Below are positions 49,724-59,580 of a stretch of DNA of 64,000 nucleotides, piece by piece; the first letter of the stretch is position 1; every line of letters starts with the position of its first letter. The stretch spans positions 41,317-105,316 of IMG/VR virus record IMGVR_UViG_3300017716_002841; one strand, written 5' to 3'. Below the pieces are notes generated by a model. It saw nothing but the letters and a program-made list of their open reading frames with translations, was not told the DNA's origin and did no database searches. The stretch comes from a virus. Both the position numbers and the translations under genes were made by a program.

Positions 49724-50537
49724 AGAACTAAATATATCAGAAATTCTCACCAACTATGAGAAATCAATTGGTTATGTAGCGCCTAAACCACCAGAAAAGC
49801 TAGTTTTAGCATTTTCTGGCGGAATGGATTCAACATTACTTTTACACATTGCTGCTGCTGGTGGTGTAAAGGAAATTCATACTGTAACATTTGACTACGG
49901 TCAAAGACATAGTAGAGAATTAGAATGTATGGGTGTTCAGTATCAACTTATAAAGGAAAAATATCCTAATGTTACTGTAACAAATAAGATTCTCGATGTA
50001 TCATACCTAAAAGATATCTCACCTACTTCATCTCTTACTAATGATGAGATTGATAACCCAGATATTAGTAAAATTGCAGGTGATGCGCAACCTGTATCAT
50101 ATGTACCGTTTAGAAATCAGATGTTTGTTACGATCTGCTGTGCTTATGCAGAAAGTCTCAAAGCAGATGAAGTGTGGTATGGTGCAGCACAAGTCGATTC
50201 TCTAGCCGGTTACTGGGACGGAGATTTTTCATTCGTTGACAAGATGAATGAACTAATATCACTTAACAGACAACATAGAATCCGCGTGGGAGCTCCATTG
50301 CTCTCCCTGTCAAAGGCTGATATCGTAAGGCAGGGTGTAGAATTAGGAGTAAACTTCGGAGACACATGGACATGCTATTCAAATCGCGAAGATAGACTAG
50401 CTGATGCTACCACACCTTCTAGTAGTTTAAGATTAGCCGGCTTTATTGAAGCCGGCTACATTGACCCTATTAGATACTTACAACAGGAAAAACTTAATAG
50501 GATTTATGAAGCTAAAGGATGTAATTACATACCGTAA
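49716..50537 (+). CDS. queC: 7-cyano-7-deazaguanine synthase-like protein, lacking most Zn-binding Cys
   Basis: FSGGMDST, FDYGQRH..EL, SSLT, YVPFRN, PL..LSKADIV, TWTCY. Confidence 0.88.
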   Translation: MNKELNISEILTNYEKSIGYVAPKPPEKLVLAFSGGMDSTLLLHIAAAGGVKEIHTVTFDYGQRHSRELECMGVQYQLIKEKYPNVTVTNKILDVSYLKDISPTSSLTNDEIDNPDISKIAGDAQPVSYVPFRNQMFVTICCAYAESLKADEVWYGAAQVDSLAGYWDGDFSFVDKMNELISLNRQHRIRVGAPLLSLSKADIVRQGVELGVNFGDTWTCYSNREDRLADATTPSSSLRLAGFIEAGYIDPIRYLQQEKLNRIYEAKGCNYIP

Positions 50538-51649
50538 CTTCTTAATTCAGCTAACTGCTTAGAAGTTTTTGGTTTAAACTTTTCTTTAAAACCTACACTC
50601 TCAATAATTGGCTTAGCAGAAGTATAATCTCTTTGATCTGACATATAATTAAGTATTGAATTTGTTGTATTTTCCTTAATTGGTTGCTTATTACCAAGAG
50701 CTGCTTGCACCGCTTTAGTTTGAGCATTCATTAATTCAGGTGCTAATTTAGTACCCTTATAATCGACAGCCAATTCATCAAATTGTGAAGTATTTTCTGC
50801 ATCTTCATAACCTTCTTCTTCTTCTTGACCTACATTACCTGTTATATTAGGTTTAGCCTGAATATCAGGTGTATGAATAACTACTCCAGCGCCTCCATAA
50901 TTTTCTAAATCATCAGAAATTTGAGATTCTACTTTCTCAGCACCCAACCTTGCTATAATTTTACCTAACTTAGTGTCTTTACCAAAAGTAGCATCGATAC
51001 TTCTACCCTCTACTTCAATATCAGTCTCTTTAACGAACTTTTTAAGATAATTAATAATGCGATTTATATCCTCTAAATCACTACCTTTATCAACAACAAC
51101 TTCAATCATATAATCATTGCTATATGATCCTTGAATTGATTTTGTCAAATCATCAAAATTATCTACAACCTGACTTACAGAGCTAAGTGCTGCAGCTGTA
51201 TCTTTCTTACGCTCTATACGTGCAACCTTTTTAGCTGCTTTAAGTTCAGCGTTAAGCTTATTCATTTCCATACGCTGTTGCGCAGCATCTGTTCTATTAC
51301 CTGTTGTAAAGCTAATTTTATTCTCTAGTTGATCTTTGATATGGTTTTGTATATCATCTCGCCGAGACTTTATCTGCTTTGCGATACCATTCTGCTCAAA
51401 ATAATCAACCATTCTACTAACAGAAGGGTCGTTCTTAAACATTCTTATAACACTATCATCGATAATATCAAGATCGTATAAAATATTTAACATTGCTAGT
51501 CTTCCTTCACGAGTACCAGATGATGCGCCTTTTGATGCAGCTAATTCTCTAGCTTGCTTTTGAAAGCCTGGCATGAGTCTTTCCATAGGTGAAGGCGCCG
51601 CTTCATTAAGAAATGTTAATCTTGAGAGTAGATTTGCAAAGGAACACAT
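50525..51649 (-). CDS. Hypothetical late protein, candidate internal head protein
   Basis: TATAAATA 6 nt upstream of ATG 51649; FLNE-A, PIKE-N, PIIE-S sites. Confidence 0.65.
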   Translation of the reverse strand: MCSFANLLSRLTFLNEAAPSPMERLMPGFQKQARELAASKGASSGTREGRLAMLNILYDLDIIDDSVIRMFKNDPSVSRMVDYFEQNGIAKQIKSRRDDIQNHIKDQLENKISFTTGNRTDAAQQRMEMNKLNAELKAAKKVARIERKKDTAAALSSVSQVVDNFDDLTKSIQGSYSNDYMIEVVVDKGSDLEDINRIINYLKKFVKETDIEVEGRSIDATFGKDTKLGKIIARLGAEKVESQISDDLENYGGAGVVIHTPDIQAKPNITGNVGQEEEEGYEDAENTSQFDELAVDYKGTKLAPELMNAQTKAVQAALGNKQPIKENTTNSILNYMSDQRDYTSAKPIIESVGFKEKFKPKTSKQLAELRSYGM

Positions 51650-51667
51650 ATACAATATTTATACAAG

Positions 51668-51985
51668 ATGCAATTAAATTGGGAAGATTTTAACGAAATG
51701 TCTTTTACAGGTATATGTAAACTACCTGGTATTGGAAAAAAAGTAGCAGAACGCATTGTAGCAATGCAGCCGTTTCGCACAAACAACGATCTTTTTAAGA
51801 TAAAAGGTCTTGGATCTAATACTTTAAAAAAATTAGGTATTGAAAAGGAGAAGAAAGAACGCAAAAGTTGGCATCTAATGCCAGATGGTATTGAATATCC
51901 ATCATACGCTCTAGCTAAAAATAATTTAACAGGTCAAATCGATTTTTTCTGGAGAATGCCAAGAGAAAGAAGAGAATATTTATAA
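51668..51985 (+). CDS. Helix-hairpin-helix (ComEA-like) DNA-binding protein
   Basis: LPGIGKKVAERI, DLFKIKGLG. Confidence 0.8.
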   Translation: MQLNWEDFNEMSFTGICKLPGIGKKVAERIVAMQPFRTNNDLFKIKGLGSNTLKKLGIEKEKKERKSWHLMPDGIEYPSYALAKNNLTGQIDFFWRMPRERREYL

Positions 51986-51989
51986 TACT

Positions 51990-52658
51990 ATGTGTGCGAT
52001 TTTAATGAGTAACAACATCTCTAAATTCGAGGTACTATACGACGGTAATTTAGTAAGAGGTAATTTCTCCAGCGGTGTTCTTTGTCTATATGACGGCAAC
52101 GAACAGCAAACTATTAAGAAACAAGGAACTCTCGATTTTAATTGTATACAACTAGATGATAGATGTGATTACTTTATCGGACATGTTCAAGCTCCCACTT
52201 CAGCAGCAAGACACTGGTCATACGATACATCTCACCCCTTTGAATCTTTATCTTGGTCTGTAGTTCATAATGGTGTACTAACAAATGATAAGGAATTAAA
52301 GCGTAAATATATACCGTGGGATGAAAACACTGTTGATACTTCTGTAATACCTAATTTACTGCAACACCTTACAGAAGAGTGTAATGGTGAGTGCCCTGCA
52401 CCAATAACTATTAAGAAGGTTCTTAATTTACTTGAAGGTACATTTGCTTTAGGTATTGTTGATACGGATTCTAACGATGTTTATATAGCGCGGCAGGGAT
52501 CTATACTACACTTTAACGATAATGGTGATGTATCTACTCTTGGAGGTGAAGGATTTACCTTATTACCTGAAGGTGTAATAATGATGCTTGGTAACAATCA
52601 CGATACATGGAGTATTGTCGATACTTTTGAAACTAAATCACCTTTCTTATTTATTTAA
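51990..52658 (+). CDS. Class II (Ntn) glutamine amidotransferase
   Basis: M-C2, RG, GHVQAPT, SHPF, VHNGVLTN, VDT. Confidence 0.85.
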   Translation: MCAILMSNNISKFEVLYDGNLVRGNFSSGVLCLYDGNEQQTIKKQGTLDFNCIQLDDRCDYFIGHVQAPTSAARHWSYDTSHPFESLSWSVVHNGVLTNDKELKRKYIPWDENTVDTSVIPNLLQHLTEECNGECPAPITIKKVLNLLEGTFALGIVDTDSNDVYIARQGSILHFNDNGDVSTLGGEGFTLLPEGVIMMLGNNHDTWSIVDTFETKSPFLFI

Positions 52659-52662
52659 ATTT

Positions 52663-53331
52663 ATGTCAATAAACAAAACACTATATTTCTCTGCAACTAA
52701 GGGAAGCCGTAAAGATACATTATTGTTTAAAAATAGTTCTGTATATAATAAATTCATTTACAAGGAAAATAATAAACTACCGTTACCTCAACTTTACAAT
52801 AAAGCTATCGACTTAGCTATTGAAGGTAAAAAGGAGTATATTGTGCTGTGTCATGACGATGTTATTATTGAATCTGATGTAGCTTACAAACTACCAGATA
52901 TTTTACGTACGGAATTTGACATTATTGGTGTAGCGGGTACAACAGAATGTAAATTACAAGAACCTGCACTATGGCATCTAATGGGAGGTGGGGTTGAAGG
53001 TCGCAAACTACACGGTGCAGTAGCTCACGGTAATGAAAATCAAAAGAGTATGACCTCTTTTGGAGTCTACCCTCAGCGAGTCGTCTTATTAGATGGAGTA
53101 TTTTTAGCCATTCATAGACGTGTATTTGAAAAGGTACGGTTTGATGAAACTAACCCTGCTGGTTTTCACTTTTATGATCTAGATTATTCTCTACAGTGTC
53201 ATAAAGCTGGATTTAAATTAGGAGTGTCAGATATTATGATTACACATGCATCCCCTGGCTTAAAAGAATTTACACCTGAGTTTCTTGAAGGTCAAAAGTG
53301 GTTTCTAGAAAAGTGGAAGGGTAAACTATGA
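52663..53331 (+). CDS. GT2-like glycosyltransferase
   Basis: YNKAI, LCHDDV, GVAG, LDGVFLA, FDE, FHFYDLD. Confidence 0.8.
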   Translation: MSINKTLYFSATKGSRKDTLLFKNSSVYNKFIYKENNKLPLPQLYNKAIDLAIEGKKEYIVLCHDDVIIESDVAYKLPDILRTEFDIIGVAGTTECKLQEPALWHLMGGGVEGRKLHGAVAHGNENQKSMTSFGVYPQRVVLLDGVFLAIHRRVFEKVRFDETNPAGFHFYDLDYSLQCHKAGFKLGVSDIMITHASPGLKEFTPEFLEGQKWFLEKWKGKL

Positions 53332-53365
53332 GTGGATTTTCATGGAACTCTAATATAATGACAAT

Positions 53366-54682
53366 GTGAGTGATTTAGATCTTGATTATTTTGAACGTAT
53401 AATTTGCTACCGATCTTTAACCGACTCTACCTATTTAGCTTCGATTGTTGACTATATTAAGCCGAAATATTTTAAATCTAAGAATATTGCTAAGATTTTT
53501 GATATTATTAACGACTTTTATACTAAACGTGAAAAACTACCTACGCTAACTGAAGTTAAAGCGTATCTTACTACAGATGAATACAGAGATTCATTCAAGC
53601 AGCTCGTAGAATCATTCAAAGATATTGATAAAAACATCGATAAGAATGAACTGTATGATAACACAGAAAGATTTATTAAAGAAAAATCTGTATATCATAC
53701 TATGCTTGAAGTGGCGAGCGATATTGCTAAAGGCTCTATTGATACTTCAGAGATTCTTAATAAGTTCGAAACCTCCTGTAATATTAACCTTGTAACAGAT
53801 AGAGGTCTTGATTTATATAGAGATGTAGATCTTATTGTGGAGGATCTTACAAATATACAAAAAGCTATCCCTAGTACCTGGGCGTGGTTCGATGATGCTC
53901 TAAATGGTGGTTTTCAAGAAAATGGTCGCGCTCTATATGTATTTGCTGGTGAAACTAACATCGGTAAGTCTATCTTTCTAGGTAACGTAGCTACTAATAT
54001 TGCTAATCAAGGTAAAAATGTACTGCTAATTACGTTAGAAATGTCAGAGTTGCTGTATGCTAGACGTATCTGTACTAATGTTAGTAAGATTCCACTCAAA
54101 GAACTCGCAATAAACTCTCATTCTTTACGTCAAGCGTTAAAAGAACAGGAGGATGATGGTAAGGGTCGTATTTTTATTAAGGAGTTTCCTCCTAGTACAG
54201 TTACTCCTAACCAATTAAAAGCCTTTATTAAGAAAATTGTTGATCAAGGTATTAAGATTGACGCAATTGTATTAGATTATCTTAATCTTTTACATTCTAC
54301 AGTAGGATCTAACTCTTATGAACGTATTAAAAACGTAACAGAACAAGTGCGTGCTATGACATATGTATTTAACTGTCCTATCATATCCGCAACTCAGTTA
54401 AATCGCTCTGGATTTAGTTCTGCAAATCCTGATCTTACTACTATTTCAGAATCTGTTGGTTTAGCTGCTACTGCTGATGTTATTGTATCAATTTATCAAA
54501 ACGAAGAAGATAGAGAATTGAGTATTATTAGGTTAGGTATGATGAAAAACCGATATGGTCCTAGAGGTCATACTCAAGCTATGAGAATTGACTACTCTAC
54601 ACTAACTATTACCCAGGCTGAAGAAGAAATGCAGACTTTAGAAGACGAATCATACAATAATCTAAGCTTTTTAGGTAGTTGA
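53366..54682 (+). CDS. gp41: Replicative DNA helicase
   Basis: GETNIGKS, ITLEMSE, IKEFP, LDYLNL, SATQLNR, SESVGL, KNRYG. Confidence 0.95.
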   Translation: MSDLDLDYFERIICYRSLTDSTYLASIVDYIKPKYFKSKNIAKIFDIINDFYTKREKLPTLTEVKAYLTTDEYRDSFKQLVESFKDIDKNIDKNELYDNTERFIKEKSVYHTMLEVASDIAKGSIDTSEILNKFETSCNINLVTDRGLDLYRDVDLIVEDLTNIQKAIPSTWAWFDDALNGGFQENGRALYVFAGETNIGKSIFLGNVATNIANQGKNVLLITLEMSELLYARRICTNVSKIPLKELAINSHSLRQALKEQEDDGKGRIFIKEFPPSTVTPNQLKAFIKKIVDQGIKIDAIVLDYLNLLHSTVGSNSYERIKNVTEQVRAMTYVFNCPIISATQLNRSGFSSANPDLTTISESVGLAATADVIVSIYQNEEDRELSIIRLGMMKNRYGPRGHTQAMRIDYSTLTITQAEEEMQTLEDESYNNLSFLGS

Positions 54683-54712
54683 TTTAGATTTAATAGGTTA
54701 TAAGTACGAATA

Positions 54713-55150
54713 GTGAATCAAGCTATTTGTTACAATAATCTTAAAGAAAAAATTAAAGCTTTTAAAGAGGGTAAAAGAGATTTTATTTCAGAAGATTTAG
54801 TGGCTATAAAGTTATATTTATTAAAATATAAAGACCAACTAAGTACAATACAATTTTTTCAAGGTAAATTACAAAATTATACTGTTGCTAGTTGTTTTAC
54901 GAACGATTTTGAGTACGAACTTCTTGATCATCTATTACAAAAGCTAAAAGTTGATATTGCTATTGTTATTATATTAGAACGTAAAGAAGTATTATTTAAG
55001 ATAGATATATCAACATGTAAACTTAACGTTTGTAAATTAGCTCAATTACTTTGCGATGGTGAGTGTATAGACATAAAAGAAGAAATTGCAAAAGGTGACC
55101 TTACACCTAAATTTCTGAAATTTACAACAAAACTAACGCCATGTATTTAA
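54713..55150 (+). CDS. Hypothetical protein (weak DHHA1-like resemblance)
   Basis: VDIAIVI...KLAQLLCDG; the GGGH motif is absent. Confidence 0.4.
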   Translation: MNQAICYNNLKEKIKAFKEGKRDFISEDLVAIKLYLLKYKDQLSTIQFFQGKLQNYTVASCFTNDFEYELLDHLLQKLKVDIAIVIILERKEVLFKIDISTCKLNVCKLAQLLCDGECIDIKEEIAKGDLTPKFLKFTTKLTPCI

Positions 55151-55434
55151 TAGCTGATCTAAATCCGTCTAGTAATATTATTGCCACTGAAAGTGAGCAC
55201 ATATTATTATCATTTTGTACATATTGTACTCTTCTTAAAGGAAAAAAATTATCTTTCCAAAATGTACTTATCTTAATGCTACAAGATCCTAACTTAATAA
55301 AGTTATTAAAAGATATTTTAGGATTTGATTCTAACTATGAAGTCGTTAAACTATTCTTAAGCTACGATCCTACTATTACAAAAAGTAAGTATATTACGAA
55401 GTATCTTAATAATAAGAATAAAATATGTCTATAA
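55141..55434 (+). CDS. Hypothetical protein
   Basis: 97 aa ORF coupled to its neighbours. Confidence 0.55.
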   Translation: MYLIADLNPSSNIIATESEHILLSFCTYCTLLKGKKLSFQNVLILMLQDPNLIKLLKDILGFDSNYEVVKLFLSYDPTITKSKYITKYLNNKNKICL

Positions 55435-56087
55435 CAGAACTAGATAAGCAAATATATAACGCATATTTAATTGCGAGTAGAACAGCTAAAAACAAACCAT
55501 TTAAAATTAGAGAAAACTTTAACAATATAGATGATAAAACTTATATTCTTCTTAAGAAACTAGCACTTTTATTTGAACATAATAAATCGGTAAATATACA
55601 AGATTTCTTTAAAGCTCCGTTTTTATACTATAATATCGATTATGTTGACTTACAGTTTTTTACAACGCCTAAAGCTATAAAATGTTACTCCTTGTATAAG
55701 AAGAAACAAGAGACACTATCACCAGATTGTGAGGAAAATATTATAAAATGTAAGCAATGCTGCACTTTTATTAAGCGTTACTGCACTACAAATAACCTTA
55801 CACTAAGTGAGTATAAGCACATAAATAGTGGTACAACGCCTTTAGTGTTACAACATTTACGTGATCATAGTATAAATTTTTATATTATTCACGGACTTGA
55901 ATGTGATAGAATCATTAGACAAGTAGAACCTGATCTTTTAGAATTCTTTATTACAGACTTTAACAAATTACTAAACGATACACGAATTAATTTTCAACAA
56001 TCTTTAAAACTTAAAGTTGTAGTACGAGAATCTTTTCGACTTATTGAAGAATTTCTATTGAAAAACAAAACAAATAACATACAATAA
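55425..56087 (+). CDS. Hypothetical protein, positional gp59 (helicase loader) candidate
   Basis: 220 aa helical basic protein directly upstream of gp32; assignment by synteny only. Confidence 0.4.
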   Translation: MSITELDKQIYNAYLIASRTAKNKPFKIRENFNNIDDKTYILLKKLALLFEHNKSVNIQDFFKAPFLYYNIDYVDLQFFTTPKAIKCYSLYKKKQETLSPDCEENIIKCKQCCTFIKRYCTTNNLTLSEYKHINSGTTPLVLQHLRDHSINFYIIHGLECDRIIRQVEPDLLEFFITDFNKLLNDTRINFQQSLKLKVVVRESFRLIEEFLLKNKTNNIQ

Positions 56088-56120
56088 GATATAACCAAAC
56101 CAACAAACAAAACTAAAATT

Positions 56121-56978
56121 ATGAGCTCATTTAATACATCAATGTTTCAATCCATTAAGGATGCACTAGTCAAGACCGAAGGAGAAGGTGGTAATGCTAC
56201 CTATAACGAAATTATGAAGACCACACCTGGTAATACATATACTATTCGCTTACTACCCTATGCAAAAGATCCAAAAAATACCTTCTTCCATTACTTTAAT
56301 CACGGATGGGTATCATTCGCCACAGGTCAGTATGTTCAAGCATTGTCGCCTATGACTTTCGGCGAACGTGATCCAATTGCTGAAGAACGATTTAAGATTC
56401 TTCGTACAGGAACAGAAGACGATAAGGAAAAGATTAAAGCAGTTAAGCGTTTAGAGAAATATCTAGTAAATGTTTACGTTATTGATGATTCTCAAAATCC
56501 CGATAACAACGGTAAAGTTAAAATTCTCCGCTACGGCAAACAACTTCATAAAATTATTATGGAAGCTATTGAGGGTGAAGATGCAGAAGAATTTGGTTCA
56601 CGCATTTTTGATCTCGGAACTACCGGAGTGAACTTTAAGGTTAAGTGTGAAAACCAAGGTGAGTTTCCTACATATGTTTCGTCACGCTTTACCACCGCAG
56701 GTAAACTCGCGTTAAGTGAAGATGAACAAAAGAAAATCTATGATAGTGCTTTTGATCTTACTAAAGTTTATAGTCTTAAATCATATGACGAACTTAAAGC
56801 TATGCTTAATGAGCACTACTACTGTAAATCAACAGGTGAGGTTGTAGAGACTTCTTTAGCCAACAATCAGGTTACAGAAGTCTACACTCCTCAACGCAAA
56901 GTAGAATCTACGCATACGCAATCGTTTAATGATACATCAATTGACGATGAGATTGATGAACTTCTCAAGGATCTATAA
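56121..56978 (+). CDS. gp32: Single-stranded DNA-binding protein
   Basis: IRLLP, YLVNVYVIDD..NPDNNGKVKILRYGKQL, acidic tail DDEIDELLKDL. Confidence 0.9.
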   Translation: MSSFNTSMFQSIKDALVKTEGEGGNATYNEIMKTTPGNTYTIRLLPYAKDPKNTFFHYFNHGWVSFATGQYVQALSPMTFGERDPIAEERFKILRTGTEDDKEKIKAVKRLEKYLVNVYVIDDSQNPDNNGKVKILRYGKQLHKIIMEAIEGEDAEEFGSRIFDLGTTGVNFKVKCENQGEFPTYVSSRFTTAGKLALSEDEQKKIYDSAFDLTKVYSLKSYDELKAMLNEHYYCKSTGEVVETSLANNQVTEVYTPQRKVESTHTQSFNDTSIDDEIDELLKDL

Positions 56979-56981
56979 TAT

Positions 56982-57404
56982 ATGAATGAACAGGAAAAAG
57001 CAGCATTACTCACATTTATGGGTATGACTCATGCTCAAGCAAAGCAGAGTGATCAGATGATTGTTGGTCGTTCAGAGTTCTTAAAGCCCATTAGCGGTGA
57101 TATTCAAAACACCTTCGCAAAAGTGTTAAATACACCAGCTAATAACGAGCGACAATATGAGCAGCAATATGTACAACCTAATCAAAATATTACATCCTCC
57201 TCGGCTAGTTCTTATCTTGAACCGACAGTTCAAGATACTCAATTAAATTTAAATTTTGAAGCGCCTACTGTAGTACTACCTAATGTAAATGTAGAGTTAG
57301 TTAATATTTTAAAGGAAATTAACTTGAATATTATAAAGATAGCCAATACACTGGAACAAAAAAATGACAAACAACCGAGAACTAAAAGTACAAAGTCGGT
57401 CTGA
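56982..57404 (+). CDS. Hypothetical protein
   Basis: 140 aa Gln-rich ORF. Confidence 0.55.
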   Translation: MNEQEKAALLTFMGMTHAQAKQSDQMIVGRSEFLKPISGDIQNTFAKVLNTPANNERQYEQQYVQPNQNITSSSASSYLEPTVQDTQLNLNFEAPTVVLPNVNVELVNILKEINLNIIKIANTLEQKNDKQPRTKSTKSV

Positions 57405-58101
57405 ATTGATTCGGTTCCTCGATGCAATATCCAAAATCAACGAATCATCGATACTAGACATTCAGCAAGGAAGTCCTGGTTTAGTATCTTGTCTCGTCTC
57501 TTCTATAGATAATACACTTATTTTATATGCAGAGACAACCTCTATAGAATCTAATTTCTCCGGTAGTAGTAATATTCCAGACATTAAAAAACTTATTAGA
57601 GTAATTGAATCAATTAATACACCGAGTATTAATTTACGTATTAATACAAATAATATTGAATATAAAGGAGATAGTGTTAAATTTAAATATCATTTATTTG
57701 AAGAAGGTTTTTTGTCTAAACCTACAATTAATCTCGAGAAGATTAAGAGCTTTAAGTATGATATTAGTTTTTCGCTAACAAAAGACATACTCCAGCAAAT
57801 TATTAAGAGTAGCGCATTTGCTACTGATACAAATAAAATATATCTGTATACAGAGAATGGTAGTTTAAAAGCAGAACTAACAGACAGAGCTAGACACAAT
57901 ACTGATATGATTAACCTTAATTTAGGTGTTGTCGATTTTAATCTCGACCCTCTACCTATTAATTTTGACAATATTAAACTATTAACATCAGTAAGTGAAA
58001 CAATAAATGTAAATATTAATACTGAATACGGTGTAGTTGTATTTGATATAATTAACAAAGGTATTAAATTAAAGTATATAGTAACATCACTAACACAATG
58101 A
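57364..58101 (+). CDS. gp45: Sliding clamp
   Basis: 245 aa, FLDAISKINESSIL, clamp-like alternating alpha/beta pattern, replication context. Confidence 0.65.
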   Translation: MTNNRELKVQSRSELIRFLDAISKINESSILDIQQGSPGLVSCLVSSIDNTLILYAETTSIESNFSGSSNIPDIKKLIRVIESINTPSINLRINTNNIEYKGDSVKFKYHLFEEGFLSKPTINLEKIKSFKYDISFSLTKDILQQIIKSSAFATDTNKIYLYTENGSLKAELTDRARHNTDMINLNLGVVDFNLDPLPINFDNIKLLTSVSETINVNINTEYGVVVFDIINKGIKLKYIVTSLTQ

Positions 58102-58418
58102 GCATTATAAAAAATAAAACCACTACATTATCTTATTTCGTAAAACGTCTTAAAGATTGTCAATTTAATACATGGAAAATTTGCGATACATATGCAGAGT
58201 CAGATCCTCGTAAATGGACCATTTTAATAGATCCGGGTAATACATCTGTATACGTTACTTGTTACGAAAATAAGGACTTCAAAGGAGAAAAAATGTTTGA
58301 ATTTAATGATGGTGGTCGCGTTTTTCCGAGAAACTTCTCATTAATCACTTCATCTATGGAAGTAGTTATCTCTCTTCTTATTGAAAAGGGCATTACTCAG
58401 CTAACTAAGACAGTGTAA
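58098..58418 (+). CDS. Hypothetical protein
   Basis: 106 aa ORF with ATGA-type overlap. Confidence 0.6.
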   Translation: MSIIKNKTTTLSYFVKRLKDCQFNTWKICDTYAESDPRKWTILIDPGNTSVYVTCYENKDFKGEKMFEFNDGGRVFPRNFSLITSSMEVVISLLIEKGITQLTKTV

Positions 58419-58432
58419 ATCCTTAATATCAT

Positions 58433-58463
58433 AAGGTTCTCGATTAATCGAGGACCTTTTTTT
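58433..58463 (+). terminator. Rho-independent terminator
   Basis: AAGGTTCTCGAT-TA-ATCGAGGACCTT inverted repeat followed by a T run. Confidence 0.75.
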
Positions 58464-58727
58464 ATGAACAATCAAGAAATAACAGCAGGAGACACATTTG
58501 CAGTACAAAGTGGTGTATATGCAGGTGAAATGTTAATTTTTATTAAGTGTCTACTTTCCAGTTTTCATTTTCTATCAATACCAACAATGCAAAATAGAAT
58601 TATTCCGTTAAAATCATTCGACTTTGCAAGGAACAATGATATAATTGAGTACGTAGAGCAGCTACCAGCAGATATTGTTGCTATATCTATAAAACAATAT
58701 ACAGAAAATGAAAAACTTAATAATTGA
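58464..58727 (+). CDS. Hypothetical protein
   Basis: 87 aa ORF. Confidence 0.5.
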   Translation: MNNQEITAGDTFAVQSGVYAGEMLIFIKCLLSSFHFLSIPTMQNRIIPLKSFDFARNNDIIEYVEQLPADIVAISIKQYTENEKLNN

Positions 58728-59580
58728 TGGAAATAATCTCATCCATCGAACATATTGGACCGCTAAAAATATTGTAGGTCTTGACGATGTAGAAAAGTTA
58801 AATAACTTTCATATATATTTTACACTTAACGCAATTAAAAGCTATGTTAATACTTACAAACCTGACAAAATTATTGCTTGCTGGGACGAGAAGCCTGATT
58901 ATCAGCGTAATGATCGTAAGGAGCTTTTTTCTGAGTATAAAGGTAACCGGTCTACTGACGCGTCGCCGCATAAAAATAACGAAAAGATCAAAGAATTTCT
59001 TTATACCTTAGGTATACCGTCTTTATTTCCGAGAAAGTTAGAAGCTGATGATGTTATTGCATATTTGACCGAGTCGTTAGAGGGATCTAAGGTTATTATC
59101 TCTGTTGATAAAGATTTTTTACAGTTAATTAATAAAAGCGTTATTGTATATGATCCAATTCGTAAAAAAGAGACAAATACGGCTAACTTTGTAGAAAATG
59201 TAGGGTATGAACAGGTTAATTTCATGACTATCAAATGCTTAGTAGGTGATAAATCAGACAATGTACCAGGAATACCTAAATTTGGTAAGGTTAAGGTTAA
59301 AAAGTATCTCGAAGGTACAGTTAAACTCACAGACGAAGAATACTCAATTTTTACACGCAATCTCGAGTTATTTCGTCTAGATAAGTATCGGCAAATTGAA
59401 AATCGTGATGAGTTGATATACTATCAAGAACAAATGCCAAATGCTATGAGTTGCGAGCCTGATTTTCAGCAATTTATCGACTTATGTAAAGAGCATGATA
59501 TTAACTCTATCTTAAATAAGAAAGAAGACTGGTATAACTTGTTTTTTGTTAAACATAAACTATTATCGATGTTTGCATGA
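58708..59580 (+). CDS. rnh: 5'-3' exonuclease / T4 RNase H
   Basis: IIDGNNL, YKGNR, EADDVIA, SVDKDFLQL, GDKSDNVPGI. Confidence 0.92.
   Translation: MKNLIIDGNNLIHRTYWTAKNIVGLDDVEKLNNFHIYFTLNAIKSYVNTYKPDKIIACWDEKPDYQRNDRKELFSEYKGNRSTDASPHKNNEKIKEFLYTLGIPSLFPRKLEADDVIAYLTESLEGSKVIISVDKDFLQLINKSVIVYDPIRKKETNTANFVENVGYEQVNFMTIKCLVGDKSDNVPGIPKFGKVKVKKYLEGTVKLTDEEYSIFTRNLELFRLDKYRQIENRDELIYYQEQMPNAMSCEPDFQQFIDLCKEHDINSILNKKEDWYNLFFVKHKLLSMFA

Noticed and set aside
28026-53331. que genes as a Qat, CBASS type IV or bacterial Dpd defence island
   Set aside because: No QatA/TatD, cyclase-effector or DpdB-K genes recognised; the context is phage replication genes
39275-54682. Inteins or introns in uvsW, gp46, gp43, uvsX or gp41
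   Set aside because: The ORFs are continuous and of normal length, with no splicing motifs or embedded endonuclease
54713-56087. Firm assignment of these ORFs as DHH phosphoesterase, gp33 and gp59
   Set aside because: Supported only by synteny or weak resemblance; diagnostic motifs not seen
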